From the NCBI RefSeq assembly GCF_009914755.1, contig NC_060943.1: a stretch of DNA of 64,000 nt. One strand, given 5' to 3'. Shown here one piece after another: positions 34,498 through 50,230 of this stretch. The position numbers were made by a program, and so were the translations under genes. How positions within the stretch are numbered: the first letter of the stretch is position 1; every line of letters begins with the position of its first letter. Under the pieces are notes generated by a model, which worked only from the letters and a program-made list of their open reading frames with translations, searched no databases and was not told the origin of the DNA. The DNA comes from the human T2T-CHM13v2.0 reference genome, Homo sapiens.

Positions 34498-34663
34498 CTC
34501 GGTGCTGGGGTCTGTACACAGGCTTGTCCGTCTGGATGAATACAGAAGCGCCCCGGCCGTCCACGGTCACCGAGGTCTGGTTGTGAAAGAGGGGCCCCTC
34601 CTCCGCCTGCCAGCCGCGGCCCCACACTTTCAGAAGCGCTTGGCCCCGGAGGCCCGTGGGCAC
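34498..34663 (-). CDS. CPAMD8: CPAMD8 exon 4
   Basis: [17 protein letters not shown]...[16 protein letters not shown] (A2M-family QTDKP motif); ctgcag / GTGAGT; 166 nt. Confidence 0.96.
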
Positions 34664-34779
34664 CTGCAGGCAGAGGAAGGAGCTTTGGGACAAGAATTCA
34701 CCCTGGAATGGGCCAAGATACTGGGGAAGGAGTTTGGAGGCCTGGAACAGGGGGAACTCACCCCAGGAGTGACTGTGCC

Positions 34780-35582
<803 letters not shown>

Positions 35583-35887
35583 GTCTAGTTATGGAGCCTT
35601 CTCTTCTGACTCAACAGAGTTGCAAAGCTGTTTTCTGTCATCATCACTGGAGAGTTACAAGAACTGTCTCCCTTCTTGCCAAGTGAATTCACAGCCTGTG
35701 AGCGGTGGAAGGAGACCTGGATCCCTTGATATACATATGTACATGTCCAGATATATCTATCATGTATATGTGTCTGTGTTTGCCTCACTCTAAAATCGCA
35801 GCACAGGCTGAGCGCAATGGCTCACACCTGTAATCCCAGCACTTTGGGGAGGCTGGGGTGGGCGGATCACCTGAGGTCAGGAGTTCA

Positions 35888-36148
<261 letters not shown>

Positions 36149-36469
36149 TCACACCTGTAATCCCAGCACTTCGGGAGGCCGAGGTGGGCAGATGGCTTGA
36201 GGCCAGAAGTTCAAGACCAGCCCAGCCGACATGGTGAAACCCTGTCTCTACAAAAAATACAAAAAAAATTAGCCAGGTGTGTGTCAGGCACCTGTAGTTC
36301 CAGCTACTCTGGAGGCTGAGGCACACCAATCACTTGAACCTGGGAGGCAGAGGTTGCCATGAGCTGAGATCACACCACTGAACTCCAGCCTGGATGACAG
36401 AGCGAGACTCCGCCTCAAAAAATAAAATAAAATAAAATAAAATAAAATAAAATAAAATAAAAATCACAA

Positions 36470-36700
36470 CACATATATAGTGCATGACTCCATTGATCTG
36501 AATTGTCCAGAAAAGGCAATCCACAGAGACAGGAATCAGATGGGTGGTTGCTAGGGGCTGGGAGAAGGGAGTGGGGAGTGACTACTGATGGGGACAGGGT
36601 CTTCTTTTGCGGGGATAAAAATGTTCTGGAACTAGATGGGGGGGCATTGCACAACCCTGTCAATGTAGTAAATGCCACGGAATTATATGTTTTAGAATGG
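36470..36700 (+). mobile_element. L1MB-type 3' fragment
   Basis: gtccagaaaaggcaatccacagagacagga...aaatgttctggaactagat. Confidence 0.75.
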
Positions 36701-36789
36701 TTAGATGGCTTTTTTGTTGGTTTGGTTTGTGTTTTTGCCACACAGATGGGAGAAAAAAAAAAACCACTTCAGTCTTCAGGATGGAGCCT

Positions 36790-36980
36790 ACACTACGCAA
36801 TTCCTTCCTTCCTTCCTTCACTACACATTCCCTCCCTCCCTCTCTCCCTCCCTCTCTCCCTCCCTTCCTTTCTTTCTTCCTTCCTTCCATCCTTCCTACA
36901 CTACACATTCCTTCCCTCCCTCCCTCCCTCCATCCTTCCCTTCTTTCTTTCTTTCTCTCTCTTTCTCTTTCTTTCTTTTG
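36790..36980 (+). repeat. (TTCC/CCCT)n pyrimidine tract
   Basis: Pyrimidine repeats with recurring cactacacattcc. Confidence 0.85.
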
Positions 36981-37134
36981 TTTTTAGAGACAATATCTTG
37001 CTCTGTCGCCAGACTGGAGTCCAATGGTGCGATCAGAGCTCACTACAGCCTCAAACTCCTGGGCTCATGCGATCCTCCTGCCTCAGCCTACTGAGAAGCC
37101 AGGACTGCAGGCATGCACCACCATGCCCAGCTAA

Positions 37135-37335
<201 letters not shown>

Positions 37336-37379
37336 TAAAAGCTCCTTTCATGCTTAAAACAAACAAAAGTAATGCCTCC

Positions 37380-37741
37380 TGTATTAGTCTGTTTTCACAC
37401 TGGTGATAAAGACATACCCGAGACTGGGTAATTTATAAAGAAAAAGAGGTTTAATGGACTCACAGTTTCACGTGGCTGGGGAGGTCTCACAATCATGGCG
37501 AAAGGTGAAAGGCACGTCTTACATGGTGGCAGGCAAGAGAGAATGAGAGCCAAGCAAAAAGGGGTTTCCCCTTATAAAATCATCAGCTCTTGTGAGACTT
37601 ATTCATTACCATGAGAACAGTATGGGGGAAACCACCCCATGATTCAATTATCTCCCTCTGGGTCCCTCCCACAACGTGTGGAAATTATGGGAGCTACAAT
37701 TCAAGATGAGATTTAGGTGGGGACACAACCAAACCATATTA
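37380..37741 (-). mobile_element. THE1-type (THE1B-like) MaLR solo LTR
   Basis: tgtattagtctgttttcac...ggggacacaaccaaaccatatta; perfect 5-bp TSD cctcc at 37375-37379 and 37742-37746. Confidence 0.92.
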
Positions 37742-39379
37742 CCTCCCTCTATGTGACCGGTATTTGATGATAGTTACCCTCTCAGCCATCCCTGGGCACC
37801 CAGCAGGTGGACATTACCTCCAAGCAGATCACCTGGGGAGCTATGTGCACCCACCTGTTCCTAAAACCACCCAAATGGCTGGGCACAGTGGCTCACGCCT
37901 GTCATCCCAGCACTTTGGGAGGCTGAGGTGGGCAGATCACCTGAGGTCAGGAGTTCGGGACCAGCCTGGCCAACATGGCGAAGCCCCGTCTCTACTGAAA
38001 ATACAAAAATTAGCCAGGTGTGATGGCAGGCGCCTATAGTCCCAGCGACTCAGGAGGCTGAGGCAGCAGAATCGCTTGAACCCAGAAGGCAGAGGTTGCA
38101 GTGAGCTGAGATGGTACAGCTGCACTCCAGCCTAGGTGACAGAGTGAGACTCCATCTCAAAAAATAAAAAATAAAAAAAATGTAAAAATAAAACTATCCA
38201 ACTGTGGGGTGTTCCTCTTCTGAGGACCCCTATGTCAGCATCTACTCATGTGGTCCCTCAAGGGGTGGATGGACCCTGGTGACCATCACGGGGAACAATC
38301 TACCAGATTATCTGACTGATCATCACAGTTCTGCACTGTCATGACCATTGTGTGGGTGAGGTCGGGGTGCACTAGGACCCCCGCTCTCTGAAGCCACACG
38401 GGGTCCGTCCCAGCCCTCTCTCCAGCCACCCACCTCCTGTCTGCTCTGAACAGCCTCAGAGGGACCTCTCCTACCTGCCACCCGCAGGACCAGCCTTCTG
38501 GACCTGTGAGGTCTCTTCTGACTGCAGTTTCCCCGTCAAGACCAACCAAAGCAATAAACCTCACCCACTACTCCAATCCCAAAATCCTCACCTGGCCCTG
38601 TTTCTGGAAATATCTCAACACTGGCCAGAGGCTGAAGAGGGAGGAAAGGTCCCGGCCACCCAAGAGCAGGGCAAGGATGGGCAGGAGGGAGATACCGGAG
38701 GTGCTGAGGACCGTATGCTGGAGGGACAGGGAGGCTGGCGGGCAAGAGACTATGCTGAGCACATAAAGGGGGCCGACCCCAAACGGCAGCCCCTAGAGCT
38801 TCACACCTTCCCAGGGAAGAGGATGCCTCCCACAGGGAGAGAAGGCAAGAAGGACCTCCAGCCTTCTTTCCGTGTTTAAAGACAGGCTCTTGCTCTGTTG
38901 CCCAGACTAGAGTGCTGTGGTGCGATCACGTCTCACTGCAACCTCGATCTCCTGGACTCAAGCAATCCTCCTACCTTGGCCTACTGAGTGGCTGGGACTA
39001 CAGGTGCAGGCCACCATGCCCGGCTAATTTTTTATTTTCAGTTTGTAGAGACAGGGGACAGGCTCTCAACTATGTTGCCCAGGCTGGTCTCCAACTCCTG
39101 GCCTCAAGCGATCCTCCAGTTTCAGCCTCCCAAGTAGCTAGGATTACAGGCACCAGTCACTGTGCCTGGCCAAATGCTAAGGATCTTAAGCATCTTTCTT
39201 GGGAATCTCAAGTCTAGTCTTAAGAGCCCTTGGCCCCTCTCCCAGAATTATACAACCCTTTGTTAGTCTCTCTTACAAATTCCCAGCATCTGTGCTGTGA
39301 AGAGTGTCTTCTAACGTGTGGTGGCCAGGGACTGCACATCATCTTAACACCTGCTCCAGGGAAATGGCTTCCTGACTCA

Positions 39380-39707
<328 letters not shown>

Positions 39708-39858
39708 TCACACAAAGGAAAGGCAGGAGAGAGAGAGAGGAAGGAAGGGAGGAGGGAGGAAAAGAAATCCAATCACAGGAAGCCAGGAAAGGGAGTTCTA
39801 GGGTCTTTTTTTTTTTTTCTTTTTTCCTTATGCTTCTGTAGGCATTGAAGCCCTAGGG

Positions 39859-40390
39859 CAGGGACCCTCAACCCCTGGGCCACAGACTGGTACCAGTCAA
39901 TGGCCTGTTAGGAATGGGGCTACACAGCAGGAGGTGAGCAGTGGGTGAGCAAATGAACCTTCATCTGTATTTACAGCCGCTCCCCATCACTCACATTACT
40001 GCCTAAGCTCCGCCTCCCATCAGATCAGTGGTGGCATTAGATTCTCATAGGAGTGTGAACCCTATTGTGAACTGTGCATGGGAGGGGTCTAGATTGCATG
40101 CTCTTTATGACAATCTAATGCCTGATGATCTGTTACTGTCTCACATCACCCCCAGGTGGGACCATCTAGTTGAAGGAAAACAAGCTCAGGGCTTGCACTG
40201 TTTCTTCAGTTATGGTGAGTTATATCATTATTTCGTTATATATTACAGTGTAATAATAATAGAAATAAAGCACACAATAAATGGAATGCCCTTGAATCAT
40301 CCTGAAACCATTTCTTCTGCTCCCTGGTCCGTGGAAAAAACTGTCTTCCATGAAACTGGTCCCTGGTGCCAAAAAGGTTGGGGACTGCTG
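39859..40390 (+). mobile_element. MER1A full length
   Basis: Same consensus; TSD ccctaggg/ctctaggg. Confidence 0.9.
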
Positions 40391-40406
40391 CTCTAGGGTT
40401 TTGGTT

Positions 40407-40626
40407 CAGGGTTTCCTGAATGTGGACTTCTGGGGCCACATCCTTCTTTGCTGTAAGGGATCCTGCGCATTGTAAGATGTTGAGTTGCAGCTGTGGCCTC
40501 CACCCACCAGATGCCAGTAGCACCTGGCACCGCCCAGCCCCAACCCAGCTGTGACAACCAAAAATGTCTCCAAACTTTACGAAATGTGCCCTGTAGGGCA
40601 AAAGCCCCCTTGAGTGAGAACTGCTG
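40407..40626 (-). mobile_element. MER20
   Basis: cctccacccaccagatgccagtagcacc...gtgacaaccaaaaatgtctcca. Confidence 0.8.
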
Positions 40627-40786
40627 CCTTAGAGAAAGGGTTCTATCATCAAATGTAATGGAGGGGCCAGGTGCTGTGGCTCACGCCTGTAATCCCAACA
40701 CTTTGGGAGGGCTGAGGTGGGCAGATCAACTGAGGTCAGGAGTTTGAGACCAGCCTGGCCAACATGATGAAACCCCATCTCTATTA

Positions 40787-41014
<228 letters not shown>

Positions 41015-41632
41015 TCATACAAAAGGAACTATCTCAGCCTCCATTCTGATCAATGGAGATGGGCGCCTTATAATTTAAAATAATTCTCAATTTAGCCCAT
41101 TCATTCGTAGACTCCTTTGAGCATGTGGTAAAAGTTAAGGAATAGCTAACCCCCCAAATGCCGCAATTCCAGGGCTTACATAATATCTGAAATCCAAGGA
41201 CTCCAGTTTGAAAACCCATGTCATAAAATTATTTACATAGTTTGGTACATATAATAATTTAAAAATAACAATATTCAATGTCTGAGAGGCAGTGGAGAAA
41301 TCTGATCCCTAATGTACTGCAGGTGGTTCCATGAACAGGTACTGCTGTGTATTCCAGGACACAGCAAGACCCAGTGAGAGGCTTGGGTCCTGCTGGTAAT
41401 TCTTCAATTTGGCTGTTTAGCCTAAAGAAGGCATCCAGAATGCTAATATGGCTTTACATACAAACATTCTGGCGACTTAAGGATTACAGTATCAAAACAC
41501 TGAAAACAGCCCAGGCAGGGTGGCTCATGCCTGTAATCTCAGCACTTTGGGAGGCCAAGGTGGGTGGATCACTTGAGGTCAGGAGTTTCAGACCAGTCTG
41601 GCCAACATGGTAAAACCCCATCTCTACTAAAA

Positions 41633-41634
<2 letters not shown>

Positions 41635-41672
<38 letters not shown>
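41635..41672 (+). repeat. (CA)n microsatellite in an Alu linker
   Basis: Direct reading. Confidence 0.95.
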
Positions 41673-41677
<5 letters not shown>

Positions 41678-42493
41678 TAGCCAGTCTTGATGGTGCATGC
41701 CTGAGGTCCCAGCTACTTGGGAGGCTGGGGCACGAGAATCGCTTGAAACCAGGGTCAGAGGTTGCAGTGAGCTGAGATTGTACCATTGCACTCCAGCCTG
41801 GGAGACAGAGTGAGACTTCATCTCAAAAAAAAAAAAGAAAAAAAAAACCACTGAAACAATCTAGAAAAAATCTAGCTGGGGGCTTAGCAAACTGATATTT
41901 AAGAGGGGTGCAATAGGATGCTGCTTACAATGAAATGGAAATTCCAATTACAGAGACTTGGAAACATGGAAGTTGTTTACAACAGTGTGATAAGAGGGAC
42001 TAGGAAACACCACGGTGTTTTGTTTTCTTTTGTTATGTTTTGTTTTGTTTTGTTTTTTGAGACGGAGTTTCACTCTGTTGCCCAGGCTGGAGTGAAGTGG
42101 TGAGATCTTGGCTCACTGCAACCTCCGTCCCATGGGTTGAGGCAATTCTCCTGCCTCAGCCCCCGAGTAGCTGGGATTACAGGTGTGCGCCACCATGCCC
42201 AGTTAACTTTTGTATTTTTAGTAGAGATGGGGTTTTGCCATGTTGACCAGGCTGGTCTCAAATTCCTGACCTCAGGTGATCCACCCTCCTCGGCCTCCCA
42301 GAGTGCTAGGATTACAGGCATGAGCCACTGCGCCCGGCCAGTGGTGTGTGTCCTTTAACTGAAACTATGAAAAGAAAATGTATGTGCATGAACAAGAATG
42401 TGTGGAAAACATGAAAAAGTGAAAAGTATGAAAACTGGATTATCGGTGGATTTCTCCTTTTCTAAATTTCATTATTCTCTCATTTTTTTTTAA

Positions 42494-42643
<150 letters not shown>

Positions 42644-42909
42644 TAATTTTTGTATTTTTTTTTTTGTAGAGACAGGATTTTACCATGTTTTCCAGGCTGG
42701 CCTTGAATTCCTGGGCTCCAGAGATCAACCCACCTCAGCCTCGCAAAGTGCTGGGATTACAGATGTGAGCATGGCACCCAGCCTCATTATTCATTTTTTA
42801 CATCTCTTTTTTAAAAATGATTTTTCTCACAACACATGCAATTTCTCTTATTCCATCCCAATTCAATTCTTTTTTTTTTTTCTTTTCTTTTTTTTTTTTT
42901 TTTTGGTGA

Positions 42910-43068
<159 letters not shown>

Positions 43069-43246
43069 TAGTAGAGATGCGGTTTCACCATGTTGCCCAG
43101 GCTGATCTCGAACTCCTGACCTCAGGTGATCCACCCACCTCGGCCTTCCAAAGTGCTGGGATTACATGTGTGAGCCACCACGCCTGGCCCAATTCAATTC
43201 TTTATTTCCAAGGTCAGGTTTATGATTTTAAAAATCAACGGCTTAC

Positions 43247-43269
43247 CTTGAGTTTGATTGTCCCTTTAT
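43247..43269 (-). CDS. CPAMD8: CPAMD8 exon 3 (23-nt microexon)
   Basis: U-rich acceptor ttttcatttttag; AT AAA GGG ACA ATC AAA CTC AAG = (D)KGTIKLK; donor GTAAGC; bridges phase 1 to phase 0. Confidence 0.92.
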
Positions 43270-43769
43270 CTAAAAATGAAAATAAAATGAAAAAAGTTAA
43301 ATCAAGAGCTGTGTTGCCCTGCCTCCCTGAGCTGCAGCCTCACAAACCACAAACTTTCTTAACCCAAAGGGGTTTCATGTGGACAAACACACCCTGGGTC
43401 ATGCTGGCCTGGACTGGGCCAGGCTAGGACTGGCAGAAGCCAGAGGTTTCCTCCAAGCTGGCACAAGCTGAAGGCCAGAGGGAATGGACAAAGCTGAGCT
43501 ATTCAGGGCAAAGCTGGCCTGCCTAAGTACTTGATTTACTTCACCCCTGGCTCCTGTCCAAACTAAGCTGTGAGGGGAGTAATGGGAAAACACCAGGGGA
43601 GAGGAACAAGGAGAAGGGTGGAGAGAAAGAAGAGGGGACTGAGGTCCCCAGTGGACCTGACTGTTCTCCCATCACCTCTCTCTGCTACCCACACTAAATC
43701 ATTTGTGCTACTGTACTAGGTTTCTGGCCTCCAGGACTCAATTAGGTATCTATTATTTTTGCCTCCCAG

Positions 43770-44230
43770 CAACCATTATCCCATTTCCTGCTAACAGATC
43801 CTCAATTTCCTTGGACAAGCTATCTGCCCAGCACACAACGCACGTGGCTCCCAAGCTCTCCATCCACCTTCCTGGGACTCTGAGCCAATCTGCATAGGCC
43901 TTCCCCCTGGTCACAGTGATTGGTTCAGGGCTGAGCACATGACCCAAAATGAACCAATCAGCATAGGCCTTCCCCTCTGGTCATAGTGATTGGCTCAGGG
44001 TTGAGCACATGAACCAAGATAGGCCAATCAGAGGGAATCCTGGGACTTTATCCAGCCATCTTGGGAGACTGGTGCTTCCCCTGATCTTAAGGAGAGACCT
44101 GGTTGCATCAAGAGGTAGGGGGAGAAGCTGGCCAGCAATACCAGTGGACTTTCTTTCTAGGTATGAGAGACCACAAACTGTTGCAGAAGCCAACTGGGTT
44201 GGGTTTCAGTTGGCTAGCCACCCAAGTCAG
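43770..44230. mobile_element. Old ERVL/MaLR LTR (LTR16/MLT1-like)
   Basis: cccctggtcacagtgattggttcagggctgagcacatgacccaa...ccaatcaga motif, present twice. Confidence 0.6.
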
Positions 44231-44260
44231 GAGTGCCTGGTTCTTCTAGGACTAGAAGGG

Positions 44261-44285
44261 CTTCTAGAAGGTTCTAGAAGCTTCC
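44261..44285. promoter_or_regulatory. Heat-shock element, five contiguous inverted nGAAn pentamers
   Basis: cTTCt aGAAg gTTCt aGAAg cTTCc. Confidence 0.7.
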
Positions 44286-44945
44286 ACATTTCCACCTTCT
44301 CTGGCCACACCTCCCTAAGAGACAAGTGCTGCTTCACTGGCCTTGGAGCCCCTGGCCTTCTCTGTGTCTCCTGTGGCTACATCATTCTCGGCATGAGGAA
44401 TGAGTCTACCTCCCCTGGGAGATTACAGCTTTCTGAGCCAGGGATCTGCATTCACTATCTTGACCAGGAGGCTGAGGCTGTTGCTGTCTGCATTTGACCA
44501 AGGAGTGAAGGGGAGAGACTGGCTGAGGGCCTGAGCTGCACTTAGTAACAGGCCTGTGAGCCCAGGTCTGAGTCTAATGGTTCAGGTGTGCTGGAAACCC
44601 AACAAAAGGTCAGAGGGGGGTCATGTGATCTCCTTCAGGTCCCCTGTCCCACCTCTGGTCAAAGCTGACACAGGTGGGTGCCCGTGCTCTGCCCAGATCT
44701 GCACCCACAGAACCAGGGCTGCTGAGGACCCATGAGCTGAGCTGCCCATCCTGGGCTTTACTCTCTCTCCATCTGTAGAATGAGGAGAATGCAACCTGTC
44801 TTCCCTCCCTCCCTCCCATGCCCCTGGGGATTTAGGGCAGAAGGGAAGCAAAGCAACACCCACACTGCCCCAGCCCTGAAGGCCAGCAAGTGGCTCCACT
44901 TTGCAAAAGAAGGGGAAGTCCTGGTCTGGCACCCAAGGGACCTAC

Positions 44946-45097
44946 CCAGGATGGCTCCCTGGCTCTGCACCACCGGCTCACCCTGGGCCACCAGCTGAGC
45001 CTGGACCGTGACTTCCCTTGGAGAGTTAAAGATGGTCACGCTGATGACTTCCTCCACGCCCGCGCGAAAAACAGAGGGAGCTGCAATCAAGTAACCC
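44946..45097 (-). CDS. CPAMD8: CPAMD8 exon 2
   Basis: Acceptor cctttcctgcag; [50 protein letters not shown]; donor GTAGG; 152 nt. Confidence 0.96.
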
Positions 45098-45261
45098 CTG
45101 CAGGAAAGGAGATCCGAGGTGAAGTTCTCACCCCAGACCCCTGGTCTCGCTGCCACCACAGCTAGGTCAGGGCTCTCCTCGCAGCAGACTCCTGCCTTTT
45201 GCTGACCACACCTGGCTGGCATTGATGCTCTAGGAGTCTGTGCCCCCCCATCAGTTCTTGA

Positions 45262-45754
<493 letters not shown>

Positions 45755-46395
45755 TGAAATACTCTCCTCCACAAGCCAGGTAACCGGCAGGATCCCACTT
45801 CATCCTCACGGTGCACCCCGTCCCCCACCACTGTGAGAAGTGCTGACATCAGCCCCATTTAGAAAGTCAGAAAGGAAACCCCAGAGAAGTCAAGTCACCA
45901 GCCGCAACAGTGACAGACCAGGATTCTAACTCAGGCGGTCAGACTCCAAAACCTGATAAAAAGAAGCAAAGGGCTTCTTTGCAACATTCATTTTAAGAAC
46001 AAACCCTGAAAACAAACCATAGGGCCTCAAACAAAAAGAGCTCTGAAAACAATGGAATCAAAGCAGGCCTCTCTTTCCTAAAATCTTCTGATTGACTATG
46101 AAGTCACCTCTGGAAGGGAGGCATTACCCCCAGTTTCCCCATGGGAAGTTGATGCTTCAGAAGAATAGGAACATGCACCAGATCACACAGCCAGGCAGAA
46201 GAGGGCACTGAGGTGCCCTTAGGGGACCTGACCTGAGGGCCCAGGTCCTCCCCACCTGAGCTCCGGTCTCCCAGTATCTGCAGCCTTCCATGGAAAATTA
46301 CAAAGGCCCTGTAACCTCATGAAATGCTTACAGTGTCCCCACAATCACCAAGAGCATTATAGCAAAGGCACCACAATTGCAACCATGTAGAATGA

Positions 46396-47080
<685 letters not shown>

Positions 47081-48217
47081 GCAGTGGGTTTGTGTTGTTT
47101 CATGCACACGAACAATGGGTTTGGGTTGTTTACTGCAGCCCTGGCCACAGTGTGCACTGACCCTGTGATCATAGTGTGCTACATCTGCCTTGAATAATTA
47201 CCAGAGTTCAGTCCCCTGGGATCACACATGTGCTGTCCAACTCTAGGACCAACTGGAGTTTGCAAGACCCTGGGTATGTGCTGTGTATTACATAACTCCA
47301 GCACTGACCAGGACATGCAATTACCCTGTCCAGGTGTCCTGTCCAGCTCCAGCACTGGAATGTGGCATCCTTTAAAAGGGGAATACTCTTTCTGTCTGGC
47401 TCCCAGCTGATCCCTAGAGTTTAGACGGGCCTCACATATAGTACATGGTGAGTGTAGAAGAGAGAGTAAGGAATACGTGTTCATTTTGCTTGGTCACCTT
47501 TGAAACTCCTGACAATACGGGTTCAAGTCTTCATCCAACTGCCCAGAGAAACTGACATCACCAAATTAAGTTTCCCTGCCATTCAGAAGTTGCAGCTGTT
47601 TCCAGCTGTTGGGATGCTTGCCAGCCATTCACTGTCACACCTGACCCACCCCTAGCATCTGGGCCAACACTGCTTCTCATCCTGCTGGTCTCAGAAGGTC
47701 CCAGATTGGGGAAAGGGATGTCTGGGTCAGTGTAGACAGAATTGCTCTTACAACTGCAAACTGTGCTGCTTTCTGGGATCAGAGATTCCTCACACAAAAA
47801 TCTCTCAGGTGACAGAAGTGGGCATCCAGAGCTATTCCTAAGACGAGATCCTTTGGGCTGGGTGAACCATGCCCCTGGCTTAGAGGCCAGCTAATCTGGA
47901 ATCCCAGGTCGGTCATTTGGGGACATCTCTTCCCCAGTGTGTCTCTCAGCACAGGGATTCCATGTCACTTAACAGATGGTAAGATCACAGGGTGACTTTA
48001 GTCAGAGGAAAACGCCCTGGAGAACTGTTTAAAACTCTCTAACGGGCCAGGCACGGTGACTCACGCCTCTAATCCCAGCACTTTGGGAGGCGGAGGTGGG
48101 TGGATCACCTGAGGTCAGGAGTTCCAGAACAGCCTGGCTAACATGGAGAAACCCCATCTCTATTAAAAATACAAAAAATTAGCCGGGTGTGGTGGCACAC
48201 GCCTGTAATCCCAGCTA

Positions 48218-48613
<396 letters not shown>

Positions 48614-49299
48614 TTCTAAGGGATGCCAGCTTTGAAAGAAGCATTAGGATGAAAATTTGTAGGGTTCCGATTTCACGAAGCCTAGGAGAGGGAAGTCTGG
48701 ATGCTCAGAGCGCAGTAGACTGTCTTGCTTTTAAAACTGTGACCAGCAAGGACCAACTACTCACTGCAAATAACGACACCCACCTAGTCTCACTGCTTAC
48801 CAGTTTTCTGGAAACTCCTAAACAAGGGCTGCTTGAACAAGCCGCCTTCTAAACGCCCAGCTGGACTAAAAGGCTGGTCTTGTGCAGACCAGGGCAGCCC
48901 CCCTGAACCCGCAGCCCTGCAGAGCTCACCCGAACTTGCCAGGTTTAGAAATATTCTCTGTGAAGCCAACTTAGCAGTACTCCCCAGCAGTTAGTTAATT
49001 CACCTTCTCCCCGCTGTCAACCCACCAGAAGCCTGCAAGCAAACCTCTAGAAAAATGTAGAAGCAAAACAAACACTTCCTCCTCCCTCACCACGCCCACC
49101 CACGGGAAAGTGCCCCTTCGCACTCTCCTCCCACTTCTCAGCCAAGACGCTCCTCTTACCTTCATACCTTGGACAACTGGAAATCGCCACCCATGATGAC
49201 AGCCCGGGTCACACGAAGGGGGCGAGGTGGGGCGGGGGGAGCTGACCTCAGCACCTTTAGCTTTTGGGAGTCCCTGTACCTCCACAGAGCCACTTCGGA

Positions 49300-50230
49300 A
49301 ACTTTAGGGCGCCCCCTCCTCAAGACGATTCGGGAACAAGAGGCCAGGTCCAGCCCAGCGCGGAGGCTGTGTGGCCTTGGGCAGGTCGCTGCAACACTCT
49401 GAGCCAGTACCCGCGACCCCCACCCCAGAAGGCGACCGACCTCCTCTGTCGCCGGAGGATACTCACGGGGCCTGAGGCTGCGCGGCGCGCACGCCGTCCC
49501 GCGCCGACAGCAGCAGGAGCAGGAGCGGGAGCAACGGCCAGAGCAGGGCGCCGCTCATTTTTCGGCTCCTGGGGGGCGCCGCGCCTGGGGAGGGGGCCGG
49601 GCCAGGGCTGGGCCAGGGCCAGGGTCCGAGCGCGGCCGTCCTCGCGCCGCCGCCGGGGGCCCTTTGTTCGCAGCCCCCGCGCAGTGCGCCCGGCGCCATG
49701 CGCCCCGCTCCGCGCCCGGCCAAGCTGGGGCAGCCCCGGGCCAGCCCCCTCCCCGGACCCGCCTCGTCTCCGGGACCGCCCCGCTCGCCCCGCTCGCCCC
49801 GCTCCTGGGCGCACCCTCCCGGGACGCCTGCTCCGCCCATCTCCGGACCCCGACCCGCCCCGATCCCTTCCGGGGATCGTCCCCTCACTTACTCACCGGA
49901 CCCACCCGGGCCCTGCCCGATTCCTTCCGAACCCGCCTCCTCACCCCCTACCCGGATTCGCCCCCGGATGCCCCCCTCCCCACCAGCCCCGCCTCGGACC
50001 CGACCCCCCACCGCCCCCACTCTCCCTCTCCTCTCCACCCAGCGTCCACTCGGAACCTGTCCCTTCCCTGGCCTCTCCCTCCCTCCCTCCCCAGCCAGCC
50101 CCTTATGGCCCCCTCCCCGGGCCCGCCCCTCACCAGGGGCCCCTGGGTCTGGACGCCGCCTGCAACCCCGATCCCACAGGCGCCGCCGTGCCCTAAGCCC
50201 TGGCCTGTATCTAGTGCCCAGTGCAGTGCG
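49300..50230. promoter_or_regulatory. CpG island / CPAMD8 promoter
   Basis: Very high GC and CpG density around exon 1; GC boxes (CCGCCC), (CCCCGCTCG)x3 at about 49779-49804, G-runs; no TATA box seen. Confidence 0.9.
49467..49558 (-). CDS. CPAMD8: CPAMD8 exon 1, coding part (signal peptide)
   Basis: ATG at 49558; [30 protein letters not shown](P); donor GTGAGT at 49466-49461; 92 nt, phase 2. Confidence 0.95.

Noticed and set aside
47558-47797. SVYTD as a possible retroviral RNase H motif
   Set aside because: A single short motif with no other pol motifs in register
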